Positions 49,457-58,841 of a DNA stretch of 64,000 nucleotides are shown here, piece by piece (position 1 is the stretch's first letter; every line of letters begins with the position of its first letter). The stretch spans positions 224,001 through 288,000 of the forward strand of contig OZ271854.1 in the NCBI GenBank assembly GCA_965601925.1, written 5' to 3'. The translations under genes and the position numbers were made by a program. A model generated the notes under the pieces. The model saw nothing but the letters and a program-made list of their open reading frames with translations. It searched no databases and was not told where the DNA came from. The stretch comes from Alkalispirochaeta sp. (lineage in GTDB: Bacteria > Spirochaetota > Spirochaetia > DSM-27196 > Alkalispirochaetaceae).

Positions 49457-50254
49457 GTGTCCGTTGAGTTCGTTCGTTTTGAGACTGAGAAGCGCGCGGG
49501 CGACGCCCTTTACAATGAGATCCGTCGCTATCTTGTCGATGCGCCGGGTTATAACGAGGCCGACTCGGACGGAAGCGTCGGCAGCCGCACCGCGACATCG
49601 CCCTTCGTGGTCATGTTGGCAGGCGGGTCGACGCCAATGGGGGTATACCACCGTTTGGCGGAGGAGCCGCCGAACCGTCTCCACCCGGCGGCGCACGTGA
49701 TGGTCTCCGACGACCGATACGTGCCGATAGACGATCCCCGGTCCAACGTCGGGAACATTCTTCCCACGACCCACGCCTTGGGACTGCCCGATACGCGATT
49801 TATTCACGTCGACGCGACGCTCCCGATAGAGGAGGCGGTCGCCGGCTACGCTCGCCGGATACGCACTCTGGCGGCGCGGCACGCTCTTTTTGCGTTGGGG
49901 ATTCTCGGCATCGGGGCCGACGGGCATACCGCCAGCCTCTTCTCCGCCGACATGGTAGATTCGATCAATGGGCGCGAAACGCGTACCGTCGAGCCGGGCA
50001 GCGGCGTCCTTCTCACCGAACACACCTATCCTTTGGCGCTCCATACCGGCCGGCACGACGGCGTCGAGCGGGTCTCGGCCGGCACGGCGGTATTGCTTTC
50101 GTTCCGCAAGCTCATCTTCTTTGCCACCGGAGCGGGAAAACGAGACGTCCTGTACGAGATAAGCCGCCGACCGGAGGGCTACGCCGCGGGAAGGCTCTTG
50201 CTTCAACACCCAAATGCGTACATATGGACCGATGAGGCGCCTCGTGTCGGTTGA
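49457..50254 (+). CDS. pgl: 6-phosphogluconolactonase
   Basis: LAGGSTP, DDRYVP..DPRSN, LGIGADGHTASLF, TGAGK; follows zwf. Confidence 0.85.
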   Translation: MSVEFVRFETEKRAGDALYNEIRRYLVDAPGYNEADSDGSVGSRTATSPFVVMLAGGSTPMGVYHRLAEEPPNRLHPAAHVMVSDDRYVPIDDPRSNVGNILPTTHALGLPDTRFIHVDATLPIEEAVAGYARRIRTLAARHALFALGILGIGADGHTASLFSADMVDSINGRETRTVEPGSGVLLTEHTYPLALHTGRHDGVERVSAGTAVLLSFRKLIFFATGAGKRDVLYEISRRPEGYAAGRLLLQHPNAYIWTDEAPRVG

Positions 50255-51611
50255 CCGAGATATGTCCGGCGCCGAACGTGCCGAGAAGGCGGATCGCTGG
50301 AACGAGATAGCCGTCGAATGGCATCGTCATTTCGGTGGAAAGATGGAGACCACACCGCGGTGTGTCGTTCGGGGAATGGAGGACTTTTCGGTATGGTACT
50401 CCCCCGGTGTGGCCGAGGCGTGCATGGCGATCCACCGGGAGCCGGAGCTGGTGGACGAACTCACCAATCGCTGGAACACCGTTGCGGTCGTCTCCGACGG
50501 AAGTCGCGTTCTGGGACTGGGCGATATAGGCCCCAAGGCCGGCTATCCGGTCATGGAAGGCAAGGCGCTCCTCTACAAGTACCTGGGCGGTGTCGACAGC
50601 GTCCCCATTATGTTGAACGACGGCGATCCGGATCAAATCATACGCACGGTGCTCAACCTACAGCCGAGTTTCGGTGGGATCAACCTCGAGGATATCGCCC
50701 AGCCGAAGTGCTTTCGCATCTTGGATACACTGCGGGCCGAGGCGGAGATCCCCGTGTGGCACGACGACCAGCAGGGAACGGCGACGGTCACCCTCGCCGG
50801 ACTCACCAATGCGCTGGATATCGCCGGCAAACGAATCGAGGAGGTTCGAATAGCGTTCATCGGTTCGGGGGCGGCCAACGTAGCGTGCGCACGGCTGATC
50901 TTTGCCCGCGGCGCGGACCCGTCGCGGTGCACGGTAAACGATAGCCGCGGCATTCTCTCCACCGAACGCGACGACCTCAGGCGCAACCGTAACGAGTATC
51001 CGGAGAAATGGAAGCTCGCCGAGCAAACCAACGCCCAAGGGCGACGGGGCGGCATTCCGGAGGCGTTGGAAGGCGCCGACGTCGTGATCTCTCTCTCGAG
51101 CCCCGGGCCCGGCACGATCAAACCGGAATGGATCGCTCGCATGGCCGACCGGCCGATCGTCTTTCCCGAGGCCAATCCGGTGCCGGAAATCTGGCCGTGG
51201 GAGGCCCGTGACGCGGGGGCGGTGGTCGTTGCGACGGGACGGAGCGATCTTCCGAACCAGGTCAACAACTCACTCTGCTTCCCCGGGATCTTTCGCGGTG
51301 CCTTGGATGTGCGTGCGACGACGATCACGGATGAGATGTGTTTTGTCGCCGCCGATGCGATCGCACACCGCGCCCGGCTCCACGCCGACTACGGGCCACA
51401 GCGCATCATTCCGACGATGGAGGAGTGGGATCTCTTTGGAGATATCGCCGCCGCGGTCGGTACGAAGGCGCAGGAGCAGGGGATCGCCCGACGCTCCCTT
51501 TCGAGCGATGAGATCCGAGAGGCGGCAATCACACGGATACGACGTAGTCGCCGCATTACCGAGTTAATGATGGAGCACGGCCTGATCGTCGATGCACCGG
51601 AGGAGAAGTGA
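50244..51611 (+). CDS. NAD(P)-dependent malic enzyme (short bacterial type)
   Basis: YSPGVA, VSDGSRVLGLGDIG, VMEGK, INLEDI, HDDQQGT, ANPVPEI, ATGRSD.PNQVNN; start 50244 or 50262. Confidence 0.93.
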   Translation: MSVDRDMSGAERAEKADRWNEIAVEWHRHFGGKMETTPRCVVRGMEDFSVWYSPGVAEACMAIHREPELVDELTNRWNTVAVVSDGSRVLGLGDIGPKAGYPVMEGKALLYKYLGGVDSVPIMLNDGDPDQIIRTVLNLQPSFGGINLEDIAQPKCFRILDTLRAEAEIPVWHDDQQGTATVTLAGLTNALDIAGKRIEEVRIAFIGSGAANVACARLIFARGADPSRCTVNDSRGILSTERDDLRRNRNEYPEKWKLAEQTNAQGRRGGIPEALEGADVVISLSSPGPGTIKPEWIARMADRPIVFPEANPVPEIWPWEARDAGAVVVATGRSDLPNQVNNSLCFPGIFRGALDVRATTITDEMCFVAADAIAHRARLHADYGPQRIIPTMEEWDLFGDIAAAVGTKAQEQGIARRSLSSDEIREAAITRIRRSRRITELMMEHGLIVDAPEEK

Positions 51612-52540
51612 TGTACGAGGCCGTTATCATCGGCGGGGGTCCGGCGGGATTGGCCGCAACGATGTACTGCGTACGCAAGGGGATGGACGTACTGATGGTC
51701 ACCGCGACGATGGGCGGCAAATCGGTGCTCGGCCTCAATCTGCCGGATATGGCGGAGTATCACGTACTCAAGGCGCGCGAACAGGTACACATTTTTCGAG
51801 CACGCATCGAGTATCTGGATCACGTGTGGCGCCAGGGACGGGTAACGCATATCACCGAAGATGACGGGATCTTCCATCTTGCACTCACCGACGCTGCAGG
51901 TTCACAGGAGATCCGCGCGGAGCGACTCATCGTCGCCACCGGTACGACTCCACGGCCGTTGGACGTCCCGGGAGAACATGAGTTCTTCGGACGTGCCCTC
52001 GGTTCGAGCGCCGTCAGCTACTCTCATCTTCTTAGAGAGAGGACGATTGCGGTGATCGGCGACTCCGATAGGTCGGTCGAGGCCGCCTTGGAATGCTCGA
52101 TACAGGCGGAACGTGTAATACTCATACTGGAACCCGAGGCACGCTACTTTCCCGATCACTTGGCGCTGTTGGGGCGTCGAGAGAACGTAACGCTCTATAA
52201 CGGCTACCGCGTTCTGGAAATAAAGGGCGATACATTTGCCCGTCGCGTAACGATCGCGAGAGAGGCCGACGGTGAGAACGACGACCACCGCGAATCAATC
52301 GTGGCCGATGCGTTCTTCATAGAGCGTGAGCCGCAGCGCAACAGCGCCGTCGTGTCGCATTTAGTCGATCGCACTGAGAGCGGAGAGATACACATCGACG
52401 CTCAGAACCGCACCAGCAACAGCCGCATCTTTGCCGCCGGCGATGTGACGACCGTCGGGATAGAACAGATTCTCGTTGCCTTGGGCGAGGGAGCGCGCGC
52501 AGGACTCAGCGCCTATCGTCACTTCAGCATGAAACAATAG
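51608..52540 (+). CDS. Thioredoxin-reductase-fold FAD oxidoreductase lacking the CxxC motif
   Basis: IIGGGPAG, IVATG, VPGE.EFFGR, IFAAGDVT, ALGEG; SAVS in place of CxxC. Confidence 0.85.
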   Translation: MMYEAVIIGGGPAGLAATMYCVRKGMDVLMVTATMGGKSVLGLNLPDMAEYHVLKAREQVHIFRARIEYLDHVWRQGRVTHITEDDGIFHLALTDAAGSQEIRAERLIVATGTTPRPLDVPGEHEFFGRALGSSAVSYSHLLRERTIAVIGDSDRSVEAALECSIQAERVILILEPEARYFPDHLALLGRRENVTLYNGYRVLEIKGDTFARRVTIAREADGENDDHRESIVADAFFIEREPQRNSAVVSHLVDRTESGEIHIDAQNRTSNSRIFAAGDVTTVGIEQILVALGEGARAGLSAYRHFSMKQ

Positions 52541-52596
52541 ACGCTTCGCCGACGCCGCGTCCGTGCACGGGCGTCACGTTTTTTGCCCTTATCGAG

Positions 52597-53094
52597 CTAC
52601 GCCAAGAACCATTCGGCGATCTCCTCGGCGGTATCCCACGTGAGTGTATCGACATCGCGGCTGTGGCGAAGAATACGCTTGAACATAAACCGCGTCGGTC
52701 CCGAAAGAATCGCCATACGCACGCGACCGCCGATAAAAAACTGACGACTCGCATGGCTGAGGAGCCAGGACGGAAAGACGTTCATCATCTGCTGCCGTGC
52801 CTGCTCGCCCTCGTAGAGACACGCGAGCACCAGCGCCACCGGACGAGCCGCGAGCGCCTCGCGCTGTTTCTCTATAAAGCGTCGCATCGATTTCGGCGCT
52901 TGCCCCGCGTACACGGGCGTTACCAACACGATCTTGTCGTCGTATCCCCCGGCTAACGTAGCGGCGGCGCTTCCCGCCTCCCTGGAAAGATCGAAGGCGA
53001 GCGGCGGAGCGGCGCTTTCGAGGCGTCCCACCGCCTCCCGGATCGATCCGACGTACTCACGAACGGAGCCGTGCTTGCTTACGTACAAGATCAT
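52597..53094 (-). CDS. Flavodoxin-domain protein (HemG-like)
   Basis: ILYVSKHGS, YDDKIVLVTPVYAG, FIEK, GGR. Confidence 0.75.
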   Translation of the reverse strand: MILYVSKHGSVREYVGSIREAVGRLESAAPPLAFDLSREAGSAAATLAGGYDDKIVLVTPVYAGQAPKSMRRFIEKQREALAARPVALVLACLYEGEQARQQMMNVFPSWLLSHASRQFFIGGRVRMAILSGPTRFMFKRILRHSRDVDTLTWDTAEEIAEWFLA

Positions 53095-53161
53095 CTCCGG
53101 CCCTCCGTCTTCTTCGTCCCCGGGGTGCGCTTCGATATGGGCGTTTTGTTCGGTCGATGTA

Positions 53162-53464
53162 TCATTGTTCGGCGTCCTTTCGGCGTTCCGCGGCGTCCAA
53201 GCTGGCATTGATTTGATAGAGACGATTTCTAAGATAGAGCGCAATATCGATCGATACCATCGTTCCGTTGATGATATACAAGACGATGACACCATCCATG
53301 AGGAAAAAGACCTTATGCAGAATACCGGCGATGTACCCCACTAAAAGCGCCAAGAGAAAGATAAGGCTCTTGGAACCTACCTCGCGCGTGCGCCACGACT
53401 TGTAGATTGAAAACGGCCACGCCATACCGAAACAAATCAACATGACCGCCTCAAAGATGCTCAT
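53162..53464 (-). CDS. Small three-TM membrane protein (PQ-loop/SemiSWEET-like)
   Basis: FEAVMLICFGMAWPFSIYKS...KSLIFL...GYIAGILHK; ATG overlaps the kinase stop. Confidence 0.75.
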   Translation of the reverse strand: MSIFEAVMLICFGMAWPFSIYKSWRTREVGSKSLIFLLALLVGYIAGILHKVFFLMDGVIVLYIINGTMVSIDIALYLRNRLYQINASLDAAERRKDAEQ

Positions 53465-54894
53465 ACGCTTACCCCACTCGTTGATATATGTCGTCGGACA
53501 GCCGGCAACTCTACGACAAAGCGCGCTCCACGTCCGGCACCGGACTCTACCCAGGCTCGCCCCTCGTGCGCCAAGACGACGGCGCGCACCAAACTCAAGC
53601 CGAGTCCCAAGCCCGAGTTCGTGGGTTGTACCGGGCCACGATACATCCGTTCCCATACGCGCTCGCGTTCGGCCTCGTCCAGCCCGGGTCCGGTGTCGCT
53701 GACCGCGATGCGAACAGCCGACACACCGGTGTCCGGGTCGGCCGTCGCGCCGCCCGATATCGTCACCAACCCGCCTTCTCGGCAGTACTTTACCGCGTTG
53801 TCGACGAGATTAGCGACAACTTGGCGAAGACGCAACCAGTCGGCCTCCACCACCACCTCTTCGGTCACGTCGAGACGAATCGTAATCGAGCGCTCTTCGG
53901 CGAGAAGCTCGTAGAGATCGCGAACTTCTCCCAGAAGCGTGGCCAGATGAACCGGCTCGGGATCAAGACGCATCACACCGCTCTCGGCCTCGGTGATATC
54001 GAGAAGCGTATTCACCAGACGCAGAATCTCGTCACTCTGTTCCACCGTCTCCACGAGCGCCGCATGAGCCTCCTCGTCCCCGCCGTCGCGGAGCGCAAGT
54101 TCGGCGCGCGCGCGCAGCCGGGTAATCGGGGTACGCAGATCGTGCGCCACCATATCCACCGTGTCACGCATGCCGGCGACCAAACGATCGATACGCGCCA
54201 GCATTGCGTTGATAACGTCGACGAGTTGGGTTAGCTCGCCGCCGCCGGTGCCTTGCTCCACTCGCCCGTCGAGACGCCCCGTGTCGACGATATGCCGCGC
54301 CACGGTCGTGACACGCGAGATCGGCCGGAGCGCGCGACTGGCGGTGACCAGTCCTACGACGAACCCGATACCCACGACCGCAGCCGCCATAAGAAAGAAA
54401 TTGCGCTGAAAGAGCCCCAGAAGCTGCGTACGATCCTGGGTCGACAGTCCCAACTGCAGGAAATAATCGTCCGCCAACCAGATGCCCGCCACCTCGAGTT
54501 CATAGTCGTGGCCCGGCGAGGTCAAGACGTGAATCGTGTTGGGATTGAGCGGTAGCGTGTCGAGCTGCACGATACCGAAGCTCTCCCAGACCCCGGGATA
54601 ACTGAAAAAAAGCGTGCGATTGGCCCGATCGGCGATCCGTACGAAAAAGGGCCGCTCGCCGAAGAGGATATTGTCGACATCGATCTCGGTCTGAAGAAGC
54701 TCGATTCCACCGGTTTGAAACTGCGCCCAGTACACCAACAGCCGATTGCGCATATCGCGCAGATCATCCTGCTGCAACGTCCGGTAAAGGGAAAAAACGG
54801 TCAATGCGAAGACGACGACGACGCTCCCGATCGAGATGCCGGTGAAAATGAGCGTAAGTCGTAGTCGCGTGGTGAGTCGCGGCGCGGCCATCAC
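53461..54894 (-). CDS. Sensor histidine kinase (HAMP-HisKA-HATPase)
   Basis: Two TMs, AHDLRTP, NLVDNAVKY, DTGPG, GLGLGL. Confidence 0.95.
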   Translation of the reverse strand: MMAAPRLTTRLRLTLIFTGISIGSVVVVFALTVFSLYRTLQQDDLRDMRNRLLVYWAQFQTGGIELLQTEIDVDNILFGERPFFVRIADRANRTLFFSYPGVWESFGIVQLDTLPLNPNTIHVLTSPGHDYELEVAGIWLADDYFLQLGLSTQDRTQLLGLFQRNFFLMAAAVVGIGFVVGLVTASRALRPISRVTTVARHIVDTGRLDGRVEQGTGGGELTQLVDVINAMLARIDRLVAGMRDTVDMVAHDLRTPITRLRARAELALRDGGDEEAHAALVETVEQSDEILRLVNTLLDITEAESGVMRLDPEPVHLATLLGEVRDLYELLAEERSITIRLDVTEEVVVEADWLRLRQVVANLVDNAVKYCREGGLVTISGGATADPDTGVSAVRIAVSDTGPGLDEAERERVWERMYRGPVQPTNSGLGLGLSLVRAVVLAHEGRAWVESGAGRGARFVVELPAVRRHISTSGVSV

Positions 54895-55631
54895 TCCGCG
54901 CCCCCCTCGCCGCCGTCGGGACGCAGTACGTATCCGACGCCGCGGATCGTATGAATGACCTTGTGGTCGAACTGGCGATCCACCTTAGACCGAAGCCTCG
55001 ACACCAATACGTCGACGACGTTGGTCTGCGGATCGAAATCGTAGCTCCACACGTGTTCGAGAATGAGCGTTTTGGTGAGCACCTGCCCGGGATGGCGGAG
55101 AAACAGCTCCAGGAGTGAAAACTCACGAGGCTGCAGGTCGAGCGGTCGCCCTTGTCGACACACCTCCCGAGACAATAGATCCATTTCGATGTCGCCGACA
55201 TCCAACTTGGTTACCTGGGAGGCGACCGTCGCCCGTCGGCCGTCACGAGACGACCCGTCGCCGTCGCCTATCCGTGCACGACGTATGAGCGCCTCGATTC
55301 GAACGTGTAACTCGGAAAAGGAGAACGGTTTGGTGAGGTAGTCGTCCCCGCCCATCTTGATCCCCTGAACGCGATCATCAACGGTACGACGAGCGCTGAG
55401 AATCAGAATCGGTGTCGTCACACCGCGACCTCGAAGCCCCTCGATCAATTGCAGCCCGTCCATACCCGGTAACATTAAATCGACGACGAGGGCGTCATAG
55501 CGCTTCAGCGTCGCCGCTCCCAGAGCGTCTTCGGCGGTATCCAGGTGATCGACCCGGTATCCCGCCTCGCCCAGACCTTTACGAAGAAATTGCGCGATTT
55601 TCGCGTCGTCTTCCACTACCAGAATTTGCAC
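54891..55631 (-). CDS. OmpR-family response regulator (CusR/CzcR-like)
   Basis: ILVVEDD, DLMLP, DDYLTKPF, TNVVDV..SRLR.K, TIRGVGY; GTG 55631 (or ATG 55640). Confidence 0.95.
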   Translation of the reverse strand: MQILVVEDDAKIAQFLRKGLGEAGYRVDHLDTAEDALGAATLKRYDALVVDLMLPGMDGLQLIEGLRGRGVTTPILILSARRTVDDRVQGIKMGGDDYLTKPFSFSELHVRIEALIRRARIGDGDGSSRDGRRATVASQVTKLDVGDIEMDLLSREVCRQGRPLDLQPREFSLLELFLRHPGQVLTKTLILEHVWSYDFDPQTNVVDVLVSRLRSKVDRQFDHKVIHTIRGVGYVLRPDGGEGGAE

Positions 55632-55638
55632 AGCGATC

Positions 55639-55646
55639 ATTATATT
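55639..55646. promoter_or_regulatory. Overlapping -10 elements of a bidirectional leaderless promoter
   Basis: Minus TATAAT 7 nt before GTG 55631; plus TATATT 7 nt before ATG 55654. Confidence 0.55.
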
Positions 55647-55653
55647 ACACGCT

Positions 55654-56109
55654 ATGATCGAAACTGGACAGAAAGCGCCGGACTTTATCCTTCCGGATCA
55701 GAACGGTGAACGACACCAACTGTCGACGCACTACGGTAACCCGATAGTGGTCTACTTCTACCCCAAGGACGACACCCCGGGATGCACGAAAGAGGCGTGC
55801 AGCTTCAGGGACAACTGGGACGCCCTCAAGGGCGCAGGGGTGACGGTCTTCGGCATCAGTGCCGACAGCGTCGAGAGCCACAAGTCATTTGCCGAGAAGC
55901 ACAGCCTTCCGTTTCCGCTCCTATCGGACCCCGAGATGGCGGTCATCAAGGAGTGGGGTGCGTTCGGAATGAAGAACATGTACGGCAAGAAGTTCGAAAG
56001 CATCTTGCGCTACACCTTCGTCATCGACGAGAACGGCGTCGTCAAGAAGGTCTTCAAGCGGCCCAAGAACGATATCCACGCCGAGGAGGTGCTCGGGGCT
56101 CTCGGCTGA
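55654..56109 (+). CDS. bcp: Peroxiredoxin Bcp/PrxQ
   Basis: YFYPKDDTPGCTKEAC, FPLLSD, TFVID. Confidence 0.95.
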   Translation: MIETGQKAPDFILPDQNGERHQLSTHYGNPIVVYFYPKDDTPGCTKEACSFRDNWDALKGAGVTVFGISADSVESHKSFAEKHSLPFPLLSDPEMAVIKEWGAFGMKNMYGKKFESILRYTFVIDENGVVKKVFKRPKNDIHAEEVLGALG

Positions 56110-56158
56110 AAGCGGCGGGGGTACGGCTCTACCGCACGTCGCTTCGGCGAGTTGGGGG

Positions 56159-57184
56159 TCACGGCCTCGCGTAGATAAGCGTCACGAAATCGACGCTCCC
56201 GACACGTCCGACGATCTCCTGCGGGAGCACGATGTGCGCCTCCGAACCGGAACCTTCTACCGGACCGTAAAAGAGGCGAATACTGTCTCCCGGAGCCGCT
56301 CGAAAGGCGAGATCGAATCGTCCCTCGGCGTTGGTACGAGCGACCAGTGAAGGGTCGAGCCGTCCGATTGCCGGATGAGGTGAGACGGCGAAACCCGACA
56401 ACGGCGAACCCAAATCGCCGACAACGACTCCTTCGATTGAGCGCTGCCGTCTGACGACCGCGGACTGCAGTTCGAGACGTAGTTCGGTCCCGTCGGATCC
56501 CGAATAGCGTATCGTAGGCGCGCCGCCTGCCGGTATCGCGCCCGGCTCGGCCGCGAATCGGGACATCGCTACGGTCGCATCGCCGGACAGATCGCGGCGA
56601 TAGCCTTCGGCGATCGCATACGTGATCGTCCAGCCGGCCTCACCGCCGACGAACTCGGCCTGTACGCGGCCTTCGAGAAGATCGCGGGAAAAGAGAAAGG
56701 TCCCATCGTCTCGGGGAAGGAATCGGGGCCACGGTAGCGCCGCCAAGAGCGCCGCCTCAACGCTGTCGATAGCGGTGCGCACCGGATACCAAAGCGATTC
56801 GCCTTCATCCATGACGGCGAATCCCTCGAAACCCGCTCCGTGTATCGAAAAATCGGCCCGCGCACCGCGGGAGGGTTGCATTACGAGGCTGACTCGTCGG
56901 CCCGTGTCTTCCTCGTTCACGAACAGTGCGTATTCCAGACGCATGCCCGGCAGCGGGGTGAAAACCTCTTCCAAGGGCACGCCGGCGGAGTGAACCGGCT
57001 CCTCGACGACACGCGGTCGGACCGCCTCGTCCACTCCCGTTTCATCGAGATCGACCGAGGAGTGCGTCGTGCCACCCTCGTCCTCGATAGTCGGCGACTC
57101 CTCCGGCGTCGCGTCCGAGACGCGATCCGTTACACAGGAGAGAAATAACATCGATAAAAGAGATCCGCATACGATGCATAACAT
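56159..57184 (-). CDS. Putative lipoprotein
   Basis: Lipobox-like LFLSC then acidic linker; C-terminal carboxypeptidase-regulatory-like TNAEGRF. Confidence 0.65.
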   Translation of the reverse strand: MLCIVCGSLLSMLFLSCVTDRVSDATPEESPTIEDEGGTTHSSVDLDETGVDEAVRPRVVEEPVHSAGVPLEEVFTPLPGMRLEYALFVNEEDTGRRVSLVMQPSRGARADFSIHGAGFEGFAVMDEGESLWYPVRTAIDSVEAALLAALPWPRFLPRDDGTFLFSRDLLEGRVQAEFVGGEAGWTITYAIAEGYRRDLSGDATVAMSRFAAEPGAIPAGGAPTIRYSGSDGTELRLELQSAVVRRQRSIEGVVVGDLGSPLSGFAVSPHPAIGRLDPSLVARTNAEGRFDLAFRAAPGDSIRLFYGPVEGSGSEAHIVLPQEIVGRVGSVDFVTLIYARP

Positions 57185-57364
57185 GGTTCGAGTACGTTCA
57201 CCGTGCGAATCTTGGCGCCCTATCATCCGGTCCTCCAACGAGCTTTTTACTTTGCGCTTATTGTACACGGGAATCGGCGTTTTGCGACACTAGGGTGCGG
57301 GACGAGTTGGGCCGCACCTCTCGCATAGAAAGCGCACTTCGTCGATGCTATATTTGAAGAGGAA

Positions 57365-58726
57365 ATGAAGGTAATAAAGGCATCGCACTACCTTACACCG
57401 TCGCACGTATCGCCGCGCGACGCCCGGTCGGCGGACGACGGTACAGCGACGCGGTTCATTATCCGTGTCGCGGGTGCGCTCGTAGCGACGCTTGTGGCGG
57501 CGGCGTGTTCCGGCGGCGTCGACTGGAGCGACTACGAGGGCGTGGACCTTGTTTCCACGCGAAGCCGCGACGCATCGCTTTGGTACTTTGCCCCGGGCCT
57601 CGACACGGACACCGACGCGACGGCGACCGTCGACTATGTCGAGTTTGAAGAGGTCTCCTCGGCCGTATACGGGACGCTTCCCGCGGGCGTGGCCGGTCCG
57701 GTATATCGCCTCGAGGTTGTGAATCTGTTTCAGGACGGCACGTTTGAGGAAAGCGACGTGGCGGACGGCGCAGATCACCTGACCCTTGGCGGCGGAAATG
57801 CAATCGGCTGGCGAGAAGGAGACATCGACGGTGGTGGTGATCTGGCTAACACTACGATCGTGGAGACCGACAGCATCGCGGGGCAGTCGATATCGCTCAG
57901 GTTTGACAATGATTCGGTTTACTACGCGGTAAATCTATCGACGGCATTGCTGGACGGATTTCCCACCTCCTCGTTGTACGCATTCCATCTGGACTTTCGC
58001 AGCAGTAGCCAGGAATTTGGGATTGAGCTTCACGACAACACCTCTTCCGGAAGTGATCAAATCACCCAGCTTATCTCGCGCAACAGCCCCGGTGATGAGA
58101 CGACGGTTTACGCCTATCCCGGCTCCGCCGGCGAGAACGCCGATATCGTCGACGCGGCCGACCCGAGCGACAACTCGATCACTCCGGAGTCCGGCTTTTC
58201 TTACTTCTCCTTCGGCGGATTCGATGTCACGGCCCGGGAAACGATCCGAGCAACCATCGACAACATTCGATTCGTCCGGGCCGATCAGAACCACCACGCG
58301 CGGCTCCCGGTGCCGATAACGGAGGCGGGACGGCCCGACCTATCCTCCGGGGGCAGTTACACCGTAACGGTATGGGTACGCAACGACCCGACTGCCGAAG
58401 GCGCATCCGCGCCCAACCGTACTCCGGCGCGTTTCATGAGCGCCGGGATCGATCCGCGTATCGCCGACTCCACATCGGTGACCTCGTCGCGGGGCGTCTC
58501 GGGAACGACGCGCTTCTACGTGGGGGGACTCACGGATTGGCAGCAGTTCAACGCGACGGTAAACGCCTCGGCCGTGGCTTTTTCTGCCTCGATTGTAGAT
58601 GGAGACGAGATCGCGCTCGACCTCGTTCTGGAGATCGGGCATAGCATCGCGGGATCGCAATTCCGAGACGCCGGAAGCGTGCTGGTGACCGGTATCGCTA
58701 TGGAATGGAGCCCCAATCAGAACTGA
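57365..58726 (+). CDS. Putative lipoprotein, beta-rich (carbohydrate-binding-like)
   Basis: Hydrophobic stretch ending LVAAAC; NLFQDGTFE, IDNIRF, YTVTVWVR; start uncertain. Confidence 0.65.
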   Translation: MKVIKASHYLTPSHVSPRDARSADDGTATRFIIRVAGALVATLVAAACSGGVDWSDYEGVDLVSTRSRDASLWYFAPGLDTDTDATATVDYVEFEEVSSAVYGTLPAGVAGPVYRLEVVNLFQDGTFEESDVADGADHLTLGGGNAIGWREGDIDGGGDLANTTIVETDSIAGQSISLRFDNDSVYYAVNLSTALLDGFPTSSLYAFHLDFRSSSQEFGIELHDNTSSGSDQITQLISRNSPGDETTVYAYPGSAGENADIVDAADPSDNSITPESGFSYFSFGGFDVTARETIRATIDNIRFVRADQNHHARLPVPITEAGRPDLSSGGSYTVTVWVRNDPTAEGASAPNRTPARFMSAGIDPRIADSTSVTSSRGVSGTTRFYVGGLTDWQQFNATVNASAVAFSASIVDGDEIALDLVLEIGHSIAGSQFRDAGSVLVTGIAMEWSPNQN

Positions 58727-58841
58727 GTAAAACGGTCCGACGCGGTTGACCGAATCTCGACACTATCGGACTTCATACGAATCGTGCCGGGCCGCAACGG
58801 CGACACGAGACCGATCGAGCCGGAGACCCGCTCGTTCGGTG

